In this document: piece by piece, positions 28,061 to 40,610 of the stretch
Layout: every line of letters begins with the position of its first letter
Numbering within the stretch: the stretch's first letter is position 1
Origin: Paraspadella gotoi
Taxonomy: Eukaryota > Animalia > Chaetognatha
Length of the DNA: 64,000 nt
Direction of reading: 5' to 3'
Assembly: GCA_051294375.1 (NCBI GenBank)
Contig: JBJCIZ010000744.1
Coordinates: 1,869,252 to 1,933,251, forward strand
Notes under the pieces: generated by a model
Databases searched by the model: none
Told to the model about the DNA's origin: nothing
The model's input: only the letters and a program-made list of their open reading frames with translations
Position numbers and translations under genes: made by a program

Positions 28061-30086
28061 AAGAGAGAGAGAGAAAAAAAATATCACAAAATTTTGTCCT
28101 TGATAGGATTTTTAAAAAGTTTGTATTATTGTTTCATGTTATCGTTAGCTAGGCAATTAACCAATGTGAATTATTTAAAAACAAAATATACTTAATTATC
28201 TTAAGACTTTCTTGATTAGTTTTTTTTTTTCAGTTTTTAAAAACTTCAACTTTTTAAAAGTTAAAAAGAAAAGAAAGTTTTTTTCACTTAATCCCTAAAG
28301 ATTTTAATCTGGTTCTTTTTTCTTCTTTTTTTCCCCATATTTTTTTTCTTCAATTCCCAATTTTTAGTCATCGGACTTTCCATTACCTCCGCCATTTCTC
28401 TTCTCTCCTCTCTCTCTCTCTCTCTCTCTTCTTCTTTCTCTCTCTTCTCTCTCTCTCTCTCATTTGATGTACTTTTTCACGACGTTTCATTTCTCTCTCT
28501 CTTCTCCCATCGCGATTAATTACCATCGCTTTTTGCTTTCTCTCTATTCACGCACTCTCCACCTCCCACAACTAGGTGTGAAGTGAAAGTTTGGATCAAA
28601 AATTTAGCAGTTATATCTTGATAAACTATATATTTAGGAATATAATCTGTATATTTTCTTTTTTATAATTATTTGTGTCCAGTAGCTTATTTTTTGTATA
28701 TATAAATATCAATTTATATATCATAATATATTAGTAATTAGTAATATATATATATATAATATATTATAATAATATTATATAAAGCTTATATATGTCAGAA
28801 ATTTTCAAAATGGTGTTTTTTTAATTCTGAGAACAGATTCAGATTCCGTTAAAGTTAATAAAAGAAAGTATAAATCTTTTTTCAAAATATTCTTAGTAGG
28901 TTAAAAATTACAAAAAACTATGATTTTAAAGCTGGAATTTACAATCGGCGTCTTGTTAAATAGTATTTTTGCATTTTGACTAAACTTAATGAAAGATTTA
29001 TTTTAAAAAAGAATTGTACTTTTCTCTTATAATAATCTTTTTGCAAGGAATCCAATTGATTCTTAAAATTTTAAAATTGTATATTTGAAAATTTTAGCTA
29101 TGTATACTTAATTACTATATAGTAAAATATGCTCATGGTGGGAACACTAATGTAAAATATTAGAAAATTAAATTTCACAAGATGATTTTTATTGGTTTTT
29201 ATGTTTATGTTTTATATTTGTAAATTTTATTTTTTCTTATTTTATTTTTAATCCTTCTACTCGCACTCATGACCGAAACCCTTTTTCCACCTGTGAACAC
29301 CCGGGATACCGAGGGACACCAGGACCACCTCCCCAACCTTCACACAGGAATGCCCAGCGCCATTAACATTATAGTGCTCTACTTCAGTTCCATCCCGAAC
29401 CGGACCATCTGGATATTCTCCTTCGGAAATCTCTTCTCTTCTCTTCTTCTCTCTTCTCTTCTCTCTCTCTCTCTCTCTCTCCGCATGAGAGAGCGGTCGA
29501 AGAGATTGAGTATGCTAGTCATGTATGTACTGTTAACACAGAAACGTGGGAGGGAGGATCGCTCCAACTTGGATCACGTTGTTAAAGAATGAGAGAGAGA
29601 GAGAGAGAGACAAAGAGAGAGAAAAAAAAAATTAATCCCGGAGAAGAAAAGGTGTTTGAGGGTTCAAAGAGGAAAACGATGTTGTGAATTTTAAACAAAA
29701 TGTTTCAATGAAACAAATTGTGCAGAATGTGACTGTAAAGACAGAAAGTGACAGAATGTGAATGTAAAGTTTGCCAATGAACATTTGGTATCGTTGTAAT
29801 CGCTGTCAATTATCCAAACTTAGAAACTTGGTTTTATTTTAGGGAATTTTTAAATCTAGAATTGACAGATGTTGTTAATTGAATAATTTAATACTGCAAT
29901 TGAAATTGTAACAGTTCACATTTTCCCAAATTCAAACTTGTGAATGCGAAAGAAATCGTAAATCTCTATCACTTAATGCATTCACTGTGAAAGGAGAGAG
30001 AGAAAAAAAAAGAAGATGGTTGGACGTTAGAAAACTCGAAGGCTGGAGTGTGGAGACTGGAGAGCCCTACTCGGATTTTCAAGGAT

Positions 30087-30131
<45 letters not shown>

Positions 30132-30610
30132 CCCTCAGACCGGCGGAGAGAGTGTGGAAGGAAATGAGCATTAAACGAAGGAACCTGGACCGAATCAAAC
30201 TTTTGGCGCGAGATTCGGAAAAAAAAATTAAAAAAAAAGAAAAAAAAGGAGAAAAAAAAGGAAGAAAAAGAGAAAAACCATTAAGGAGCAAAGGAGGAGG
30301 CGTGGGAGGAGGAGGAGGAGGAGGAGGAGGAGGAGGAGGAGTAGGGGAGCAGAGGTGTTGTGAGTTCAGGTTGTGTCGCGGAGTACGTGAGTCTATTTCA
30401 CACCGCGTTAATGGTTGTGAAGTAGAGTTTTTTAAATACAGGGTATTTCGCAATTATTTTTTTTTTCGCCTCGGCTGAGATTTTTTTTTTCTCTCTATGG
30501 AGAAGCGGTTTTTTTTTTATGGTGCTGCATATTCATTAACATTCAGAACCCGCGCGTCTGAAACTTTTAGGATTCGTTTCGTTAATTAGACCGCGAAATT
30601 GTGGATCGAA

Positions 30611-30661
<51 letters not shown>

Positions 30662-31093
30662 CTCTTTATCTCTCTCTCAAAGTTTTTAAATAATTAAGAA
30701 TAGATTATATGTAAAAAAAAATAACCATAATATTTTTTTTAAAAAATTCTCCAAACGCGAATGACCCGAGTCGTTGTGAGATTCTCACTTTTTCCATCAA
30801 GTTCACGTGATTTGTTTTTATTTNNNNNNNNNNNNNNNNNNNNNNNNNTATGATCGGTCACGTGTCAAGATTTTCTAGCCCATCGATCTTTCGATTCGAT
30901 TCGCTCAAACTCGCGTCTATTCGTTTTCAACTTCTTAAATTATCACTCTCTCTCTCTCTCTCTCTTCTCTTCTCCTCTCTCTATCTTCTCTCTCTCCTCT
31001 CTCTTCTCTCTCTCTCTCTTCTTCTCTCTTCCATGATTATCTATTCGATAAAATGATGTTTTTATCGCTTCAAATTGGCGGAATCTCTCTTCT
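23677..31093 (+). other. Redundant noisy copy of about 11545-19304
   Basis: Colinear over about 7.5 kb and starts after a 25-N gap. Confidence 0.9.
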
Positions 31094-32199
31094 ATCGAGT
31101 TATCTATCGATAAAAAATGATGTTTTTAGTCGCTTCGAAATGGCGGTCGTCCAAAAAGGAAAATTAAAGATTCTTCGAATATTCTTTNNNNNNNNNNNNN
31201 NNNNNNNNNNNNNNNNNNNNNNNNNNNNNNNNNNNNNNNNNNNNNNNNNNNNNNNNNNNNNNNNNNNNNNNNNNNNNNNNNNNNNNNNNNNNNNNNNNNN
31301 NNNNNNNNNNNNNNNNNNNNNNNNNNNNNNNNNNNNNNNNNNNNNNNNNNNNNNNNNNNNNNNNNNNNNNNNNNNNNNNNNNNNNNNNNNNNNNNNNNNN
31401 NNNNNNNNNNNNNNNNNNNNNNNNNNNNNNNNNNNNNNNNNNNNNNNNNNNNNTATTTCATAACGTTTACACGTTGGCAAAACATTCCTTTCGCGCTTTC
31501 ACGTGAAATTTCTTTATAGTACTGCAACTGTCTACAAGCAGAATTCAAAAAATCTATAAATAACTCATTCTCGAATTTCCCTTCCGCAATCCAAAGCCAC
31601 CCCTTCAACAAGGCGTTCCACGGAAGGCGCCCCCNNNNNNNNNNNNNNNNNNNNNNNNNNNNNNNNNNNNNNNNNNNNNNNNNNNNNNNNNNNNNNNNNN
31701 NNNNNNNNNNNNNNNNNNNNNNNNNNNNNNNNNNNNNNNNNNNNNNNNNNNNNNNNNNNNNNNNNNNNNNNNNNNNNNNNNNNNNNNNNNNNNNNNNNNN
31801 NNNNNNNNNNNNNNNNNNNNNNNNNNNNNNNNNNNNNNNNNNNNNNNNNNNNNNNNNNNNNNNNNNNNNGGGCTCTTTTCTTTCCTTTTTTTTTCCGCTT
31901 CGTCTCTTGACGAAAATAAATATTTTTTGTTTGTTTTTGTTTATTTTTCGGGTTTTTGTGTTGTTTTTTTGTTGTTCATCTTTACTGAAAAAAATAAGGC
32001 GAACAAAGATTGCTTAGGTTAAAGTCGAGAGACGCCGACGACGACGACGAAGTAAGTTAAAAGGAGACCTTACCCTTCCTTACCTTCCTCTTTTTCTCTC
32101 TCTCTCCCCGATCTTTCCTTTTTTTCTCATTTGACGAGATTTCCTTCAATTTCTATCCTTTTTTAAAAAATCTCACCTTGGGACAGATTTCGCTCGGAT

Positions 32200-32235
<36 letters not shown>

Positions 32236-33767
32236 NNNNNNNNNNNNNNNNNNNNNNNNNNNNNNNNNNNNNNNNNNNNNNNNNNNNNNNNNNNNNNNNN
32301 NNNNNNNNNNNNNNNNNNNNNNNNNNNNNNNNNNNNNNNNNNNNNNNNNNNNNNNNNNNNNNNNNNNNNNNNNNNNNNNNNNNNNNNNNNNNNNNNNNNN
32401 NNNNNNNNNNNNNNNNNNNNNNNNNNNNNNNNNNNNNNNNNNNNNNNNNNNNNNNNNNNNNNNNNNNNNNNNNNNNNNNNNNNNNNNNNNNNNNNNNNNN
32501 NNNNNNNNNNNNNNNNNNNNNNNNNNNNNNNNNNNNNNNNNNNNNNNNNNNNNNNNNNNNNNNNNNNNNNNNNNNNNNNNNNNNNNNNNNNNNNNNNNNN
32601 NNNNNNNNNNNNNNNNNNNNNNNNNNNNNNNNNNNNNNNNNNNNNNNNNNNNNNNNNNNNNNNNNNNNNNNNNNNNNNNNNNNNNNNNNNNNNNNNNNNN
32701 NNNNNNNNNNNNNNNNNNNNNNNNNNNNNNNNNNNNNNNNNNNNNNNNNNNNNNNNNNNNNNNNNNNNNNNNNNNNNNNNNNNNNNNNNNNNNNNNNNNN
32801 NNNNNNNNNNNNNNNNNNNNNNNNNNNNNNNNNNNNNNNNNNNNNNNNNNNNNNNNNNNNNNNNNNNNNNNNNNNNNNNNNNNNNNNNNNNNNNNNNNNN
32901 NNNNNNNNNNNNNNNNNNNNNNNNNNNNNNNNNNNNNNNNNNNNNNNNNNNNNNNNNNNNNNNNNNNNNNNNNNNNNNNNNNNNNNNNNNNNNNNNNNNN
33001 NNNNNNNNNNNNNNNNNNNNNNNNNNNNNNNNNNNNNNNNNNNNNNNNNNNNNNNNNNNNNNNNNNNNNNNNNNNNNNNNNNNNNNNNNNNNNNNNNNNN
33101 NNNNNNNNNNNNNNNNNNNNNNNNNNNNNNNNNNNNNNNNNNNNNNNNNNNNNNNNNNNNNNNNNNNNNNNNNNNNAAAAAAAAAATTAATTCTTTACAT
33201 TTTTCAATTTTTTGGGGTTTGCTTTGTTTCCTACGACGTAGTATATATATATATGTGAAGTGTTTCTCTTTCAGAATTTAAAGTGAAAAACCTGTNNNNN
33301 NNNNNNNNNNNNNNNNNNNNNNNNNNNNNNNNNNNNNNNNNNNNNNNNNNNNNNNNNNNNNNNNNNNNNNNNNNNNNNNNNNNNNNNNNNNNNNNNNNNN
33401 NNNNNNNNNNNNNNNNNNNNNNNNNNNNNNNNNNNNNNNNNNNNNNNNNNNNNNNNNNNNNNNNNNNNNNNNNNNNNNNNNNNNNNNNNNNNNNNNNNNN
33501 NNNNNNNNNNNNNNNNNNNNNNNNNNNNNNNNNNNNNNNNNNNNNNNNNNNNNTTTTTTATCTTTTGTTTCTCATTTTGTTTTTCCTTTTTTCATCTTTT
33601 GTTTCTCATTTTGTTTTTCCTTTTGTTTCTTTTCGCGTCTTTTTCTTTTCTTTGAATGTCTTTTTTGAAGGATGTATTTTCAGTGTCTTTTCTTTCATCT
33701 ATTGATTCTGAAATCTAGCACTCGCTCGCCAACCACGCCAAACATTTTCAATGAAATACTCAAAAAG

Positions 33768-33801
<34 letters not shown>

Positions 33802-34935
33802 NNNNNNNNNNNNNNNNNNNNNNNNNNNNNNNNNNNNNNNNNNNNNNNNNNNNNNNNNNNNNNNNNNNNNNNNNNNNNNNNNNNNNNNNNNNNNNNNNNN
33901 NNNNNNNNTCTCTTTGTTTACATTATATTCCTTTTTTTAAACATATTCTAGGCGACTAAAGAGGCAAATATTTAAACTATAATAATCAATACTTTTCTTT
34001 AATAACATAACCCTCACCTTTAAAAGGATTTGTTTCTTACTCTGCTTTCGGTTACTTTTTCCCCCTCGAAGCTTTTCTTCCACTCTCTCTCTATCTGGTT
34101 CTCGACCACTCCGTCTCGGTTTGCTTTCAAAACCTCGAAGAGAGAAACTCTGGGATGAGATGAAAAAAANNNNNNNNNNNNNNNNNNNNNNNNNNNNNNN
34201 NNNNNNNNNNNNNNNNNNNNNNNNNNNNNNNNNNNNNNNNNNNNNNNNNNNNNNNNNNNNNNNNNNNNNNNNNNNNNNNNNNNNNNNNNNNNNNNNNNNN
34301 NNNNNNNNNNNNNNNNNNNNNNNNNNNNNNNNNNNNNNNNNNNNNNNNNNNNNNNNNNNNNNNNNNNNNNNNNNNNNNNNNNNNNNNNNNNNNNNNNNNA
34401 AAAAGAGAGAGATTGTGAAAATTAAGATTCTGAATGTTGTGTCACATCTATAATATGTCTTTCCTTCTCCTGTCTCTTTTCTCTCCCTCCCTCTCTCCCA
34501 TCTTCTTCTCCCTCTCTCTTCTCCTTTCTCTCTTCTTTTCGTTTTTAATTTCAAGATTTATTTCTTTCCTTGAATTTCTTAAGCATAAACCGTCCAGATG
34601 AGATCCCTATCAAAGCACACGAAGATTTTATTTTAAAATTTTTTTTTGTCTTTTAAGTTCAAATTTTCTTATTTTAACGGACGTTATAGATTATTTGTAT
34701 TCTCTATTTCTGGTCTTTTAATCTTTCTTCTCTCACTCTCTCTACTCTCCTCTCTCTCTCTCTTCTCTCTCCTCTCTCGTTCTCATCTTCTCATCCGTCT
34801 CTCTCTCTCTCCTCATTTGTCTCCTTTAACTCCTCTCTCAAAGTTGTTCCCTTCCCTGTCTCCGAAACAACAATTATAGTTGTGTAAACAAAATTCTTCA
34901 GTTTTAACTGAGGGAGACGGCGACACGGGGAAAGA

Positions 34936-34982
<47 letters not shown>

Positions 34983-36649
34983 CTTAAATTCAGATACAGA
35001 GAGAATGAATGAACGAATCGCGTCCAAAAGTCGTCATCACCATAAACATCGATTAACTCTTAAACTTTCGATTGTTTACTTTCGACAATCTCGTTCGCTC
35101 TTCCCCTCCCCAGATGTCGCTTTCCCTTTTTTTTCTCGTTTGTTTACATTTTTTCGTCTCTCGGCCGTTTGAGCCAGAGGGGGGGGGAGACTAGTAGACG
35201 GGGAGGGGGAGTAAGGAGAGAAGTCTAACGAGTTGGTTAATGCGCGGATAGAATTACAGTTTATTTGTTCAGTCAGAATTAATAGACTGGAAATCGCCGA
35301 TCGGATTCGGGTCGTTTTTTTTTAAGATTCAAATCGGAACTGATAAGATTTTCTCAAAACTTACCTTTTTCTATTTTCGTCACAATGGAACGGGTTCGGA
35401 CGAGTAATTAGACAGTTAATAAAACGTGACAGGGAAAATATGATTGGTTGTGAAAGCTTAGCATTTATCATATGTAAAATAACTTGAATTTTAGTCCCGT
35501 CGTGGACGTTATCGCAAGTTTGTAATCTTTCGTGTAATCCAAATATAATGAAATTAGTACAAGAAGCTTTTTCATTTTAGAGGCGAAAAACTATCAACTT
35601 GGACCAATAAGCCTTTTTCCGATTAACGCCCCAAGCCTAAAAAAATCCATTCACATGAATAAGTTTTATGAACTTCTCCCTTTTTTCACCCACTTCCGGC
35701 CCCATTTTTCAAAAGCACCCGATTTCAGCTTAAAGTCAGAATTAATTTAAAAGTTGGATTAATGATAAGGATTAAAAATCAGGTTAAGATTTGGTTAAAT
35801 GTCTCACTCAGCTGCTTCCTCATTTTTTCATTTTCCAGTCGTCATCGTTCTTTTGTGACTTTCAAGGATGTCTTTTTCATGTCATGTCATGTCATCGTCA
35901 TCTAACTTGTCATTCTTCGTTTGGAAGAAACGTAAACTTTCGTCATTTCAATCATCGTCCCCCAAATTGTCGTCAATTGTTCTTCGCTCTTTTTCTTTCA
36001 TTGTCACTACAACGTTAAATTTCAATTCGTTTTATCTGTCATTCCCAAATTCGTTCTTTTTTCTTCATCATTCAATCATCAGCTTCCCTCTCCCAAATTT
36101 GCGGGTCGTTGCTCTGAATTTATTTTTTTTTATCGTATTAAAACTGCGCCGGCCTAATGAAATCTTGCGCCGGACTGAGGTTCTCACTTGCTTTTTCCAG
36201 GCCCTTTTTTTTTTTTCGCGCCTCCTTTTTTTTAAGCGCCAATCGGCGCGCCAAAATTAACTTCAATTCTGCGCGCTTTTTTTCCTTTTTTTTTGGTTTT
36301 TTAAAGTTTATTTTATTTGAGGATTCAGGTGCTTACTTAAACAAAAATATTAGGGTACAAAAACCATTCATTTTTTATTCTATTTTATTTTTTTTTATTA
36401 TTATGCTTTTCAAAATTCAACAATCTTACTACGGACATTTATTAACCTAAAATGAAACTATTAGTCGAGAAAAACCATGAACTAACCCAATCGCAATCTA
36501 AAAAGGCACCCCACCTCCGATGGGATATGCAAGGCCACACAGAGTGCTCACTGCTCAGTTATTGAAGCACAGATTCAGTACCAAGCGGTATATATTATTC
36601 TATAGGGGAGCAATTGCCTGCGCATTGGCGCTTATTAGAGGCACAATCA

Positions 36650-36710
36650 GCGCGAAATCGGCACGCAATCGCCACGCAATCGGCACGCAATCGGCAAAGC
36701 AATCGGGCGC
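36650..36710. repeat. 11-bp tandem repeat (ggcacgcaatc), about 5 units
   Basis: aatcggcacgcaatcgccacgcaatcggcacgcaatcggcaaagcaatcgg, with inverted copies near 45190-45240 and 56540-56595. Confidence 0.75.
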
Positions 36711-36865
36711 CCATGATTCTCTCTCCCCCATTTTGAACTATCGAGCTTAAATAATTTTTCACCCTTCGTTCCAGAACTTCATCTCAATATGAATCGGGCA
36801 ACTTCGTATCTATATCTATCTCTCTCATCTCTCGTCCCATCATTCGCTCTCCTCTCTCATCTCTA

Positions 36866-36950
<85 letters not shown>

Positions 36951-39494
36951 CTCTCTCTCTCTTCTCTCTCTCTTCTATCTCTCTCTCTCTTCTTCTCTCG
37001 CTCGAGACTTTTAAGTCTCTTGGACTCCGGTTAAAAGAGGGACTCCGACCAGATTTCCATATTCAAAGGTTATTACAGAATAACAGCCAGACGTGGATGT
37101 CTCTGGGGGAGGGGAACGTGTGGGGGGGAACGGGGAGGGAACGTGGGTAGCGGGGGTGTCGTGAAGACGTGGGTGGGGCGAAGGTTAAAAACAGATAGGG
37201 CGGGCAGGGAAAAGTAGGCAATGTTTTTCCCGAAAACCCCTTTATTTTCTGTTTAATTACTAAAATCTTTTTTTTTCCTAAACATTTAACCCAAAATCTT
37301 TANNNNNNNNNNNNNNNNNNNNNNNNNNNNNNNNNNNNNNNNNNNNNNNNNNNNNNNNNNNNNNNNNNNNNNNNNNNNNNNNNNNNNNNNNNNNNNNNNN
37401 NNNNNNNNNNNNNNNNNNNNNNNNNNNNNNNNNNNNNNNNNNNNNNNNNNNNNNNNNNNNNNNNNNNNNNNNNNNNNNNNNNNNNNNNNNNNNNNNNNNN
37501 NNNNNNNNNNNNNNNNNNNNNNNNNNNNNNNNNNNNNNNNNNNNNNNNNNNNNNNNNNNNNNNNNNNNNNNNNNNNNNNNNNNNNNNNNNNNNNNNNNNN
37601 NNNNNNNNNNNNNNNNNNNNNNNNNNNNNNNNNNNNNNNNNNNNNNNNNNNNNNNNNNNNNNNNNNNNNNNNNNNNNNNNNNNNNNNNNNNAGAAGGAAA
37701 GAAAGAAAGAAGGAAAGAAAGAAAGAAAGAAGGAAACAAAGAAAGAAGGAAAGCAAGAAAGAAAGAAAGAAAGAAAGAAGCAAAGAAGGAAAGAAGGAAA
37801 GCAAGAAAGAAAGAAAGAAGCAAAGAAAGAAAGAAGAAAAACAAGAAAGAAAGAGAGAAGCAAAGAATGAAAGACAGAAAGAAAGACAATCACGGGAGCA
37901 CTTTTGACTTTTAGAAAGAAATTCGCTGGCGAAAAAAATTGAATGAGTCGACGAACGATAGATAATCATTAATCAGCCTGTCATAAAAAGCGGAGATACG
38001 GAGATGGAACTGAGAGAGAGAGAGAGAGAGAGAGANNNNNNNNNNNNNNNNNNNNNNNNNNNNNNNNNNNNNNNNNNNNNNNNNNNNNNNNNNNNNNNNN
38101 NNNNNNNNNNNNNNNNNNNNNNNNNNNNNNNNNNNNNNNNNNAGAGAGAGAGAGAGAGAGGTTGGCCCTCGGATGTAATACGATACGGAGTGGAGTCCAG
38201 ATTATAAATCAGGAAAGAAAATAAAAAAAATGAATGTAAAAGGAAAATGTATGATTATAACGTAATTTGCGACGTTTTATGTACTATCTTAAGTAAAAGA
38301 GATATGTAAACTTACAATGAAACATTAACTGCCAGGAAGAATGTGGCGAACGGAAGCCAATTCATAACTGAGATTAATTTTTATCAGAAATGTATCAAAA
38401 CCAAACTTAGTCTACTTAAATTTATAATACTTTAATTTTATTTTTCACCTCTCTCTCTGACAATCTCCTTGGTTTTCTATAGATGAGTCACAACTTTGTT
38501 TCATTTTAAAAGAAAATGAAGTTAAGAGAAACAAGAAAAAAAACAAAACGTTACGGAACAATACAAGATCAACGACGAAGACAACTACATAAAGAAAACA
38601 CGGAAAACAAAACGATANNNNNNNNNNNNNNNNNNNNNNNNNNNNNNNNNNNNNNNNNNNNNNNNNNNNNNNNNNNNNNNNNNNNNNNNNNNNNNNNNNN
38701 NNNNNNNNNNNNNNNNNNNNNNNNNNNNNNNNNNNNNNNNNNNNNNNNNNNNNNNNNNNNNNNNNNNNNNNNNNNNNNNNNNNNNNNNNNNNNNNNNNNN
38801 NNNNNNNNNNNNNNNNNNNNNNNNNNNNNNNNNNGAGAGAGAGAGAGGAAAGAATAAAAAGGAGAAGAGAGAGATAAAGAGAGAGAGAGGAAAGAAAAAA
38901 AGAGAATGTTGAAAAGAAAACAAAAGAGAAGAGAAAAAGAAAAGAAAAGAAAAAGAATAAAAAAGAAAAAGAAACAAAAACAGAAGAGAAAAAGAAAACA
39001 AAAGATAAAGAATAAAACAGAAAGGGAGAACTTCTCCCGGAAATCAAAACAATCACAATGAATCTATTGTTCAATAAGTCGCGCGATTCCCAATTTTTTT
39101 CTTTTTTTCTTCTTAGTCTTTTTCCTTCTTTTGAACATTGACAGACAGACAGACCAAAAACTCGCGGTTGCACAAGACTGAAAAAATATGAAAGGCTTTC
39201 TTCTCTTCTCTCTCACCCTTTTCTTATCTTCGTTTATATTTATTCCGTTTGTCTTTTCTTGTCTTTTCTTTCTTCTCTTTTATTCTCTTTCATTTTCTTT
39301 CCTTTTCTTTTCTTTTCTTTTCTTTTCTNNNNNNNNNNNNNNNNNNNNNNNNNTAATCGATAGACCCTTAAGCTATGATATCATTTTTTATTCACTGGGT
39401 CCCCTTAAAATTTACATCTATGACATAAAATCATAAAAAAAGTCAATAAAAAACATATATCACGCTCAATAGATTTTTGTTAGTTATTTGGCAG

Positions 39495-40277
39495 CCAAGA
39501 ACGCATCCAACTTTTTTCCTCATTGCATCAACAGTTTCTTTATTCGCCGGCGCACGTATTCTTGAACAATTGCGCCGCCGCCATTGTGCTGCGCCGTTAT
39601 CCGACGACCTCTTCACGGTCCAAAAACGAAAGCCGATCGATACTTAGAAAAGACCGAACAAGGACAGCATGGTCAAGACGTTGGATTAACCCAGCGAATG
39701 GACCAAACAGAAGCGAATGTGGCTCCTTTCACCCTTGACTTTACCATTCGCGAATACCTGTGGGAAAAAACTGAAATATTATCATCACCTACGAGAAGGA
39801 AAGCCGACACCAGCCGGAAAAATGATCCCAATGGCAGACGCCTGAGCCACGCGTTGACCGCTCAGAGACCCAGATTACGACGTGACCATCTTTCGCCAGC
39901 GCTTCTTCAGTTGCTATTTTCTATTTATCATTTCATGAATCACGGAGCCATGGTCGGCATTTCTCAGCTTTCATCATGCCGATGGCTAATGAGTTTGGGT
40001 CTCGAGACACCAGAAGTCAGACGTCCTCGTTTTTTAGGTAAAAGATAATTCAAAAGAGGGACACGGTTTCACAGTTCGGACTGTGGAATGGAACGTAACG
40101 CTTGGGATGGGCGTTCCCCCTCTGAAGCCATGGATTGGCTGAAATGAAGTGGAGGGTGATGCGGTGTGAATAGACCCCCACAACTATAATGTATCGATAC
40201 ACAAAAGATCCAACCCTGGACATCACGGTAGACAAATTAGAAGGGGGAGCTCGGCAGATCTGTTGAATCAGGATCAG
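39495..40277 (+). CDS. Multi-exon MFS transporter (SLC18B1-like, about TM4-TM9), interrupted by two in-place inverted segments and read indels
   Basis: Manual translation. The acceptor is ttggcag|39495, giving AKNASNFFLIASTVSLFAGA..VFLNNCAAAIVLRRYPTT. It continues in the reverse complement of 39610-39874 as SGSLSGQRVAQASAIGIIFPAGVGF, a 31-nt GT-AG intron (39788-39758), then GATFASVWSI..LTMLSLFGLF..SIDRLSFLDRED. The + strand resumes with YDVTIFRQRFFSCYFLFII..GAMVGISQLS..GLETPEV, a 37-nt GT-AG intron (40038-40074), then VRTVEWNVTLGMGVPP. The reverse complement of 40115-40248 gives SNLSTVMSRVGSFV..IIVVG..ITLHFISANPWLQRG, then + SSADLLNQDQ|gttagg. Several frameshifts must be assumed at read indels. 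The family call comes from helix spacing and motifs such as helix-RRYP-TSGSLSG. Confidence 0.6.
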
Positions 40278-40437
40278 GTTAGGGTTTCGGTTTAGGTTAG
40301 GGAATTAGGTACATACAAGTTTAATACACGATTAGGTTAAATATTAAAGTTTTGAAATTAATTCCGGGATAACATCAATTAAGAAATGAGGAGCTCTGAG
40401 AAAAAAGTCAACGTTTTTATTAAATCATATTTCTCAG

Positions 40438-40610
40438 GTGCCGCGGACTTGATTTCCGCGTAGCTATTTTCTTTCGCTGGAAGCCTATTTTCCCGTCTTT
40501 CATCCTTTATCTCGCCCACGGTTCCTCTTTTCTCAATGCGTTGGGTCATTGCGGCGACGTGTTTCTCGGCGTCGCTTTCGTCAAGGACTTTGGCTCCCTC
40601 GTCGGTGTAG
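40438..40610 (+). CDS. Hydrophobic exon, MFS TM2-TM3-like
   Basis: Bounded by a good acceptor (atcatatttctcag|) and a donor (GTAG|gtgatt). Reads GAADLISA..FAGSLFSRLSSFISPT..FLNAL..FLGVAFVKDFGSLVGV with assumed indels, and one + frame is open throughout. The 91-aa minus ORF 40379-40654 is its antisense mirror and lacks splice sites. Confidence 0.5.

Noticed and set aside
32178-33281. ORFs spanning N gaps
   Set aside because: They consist of undetermined bases.
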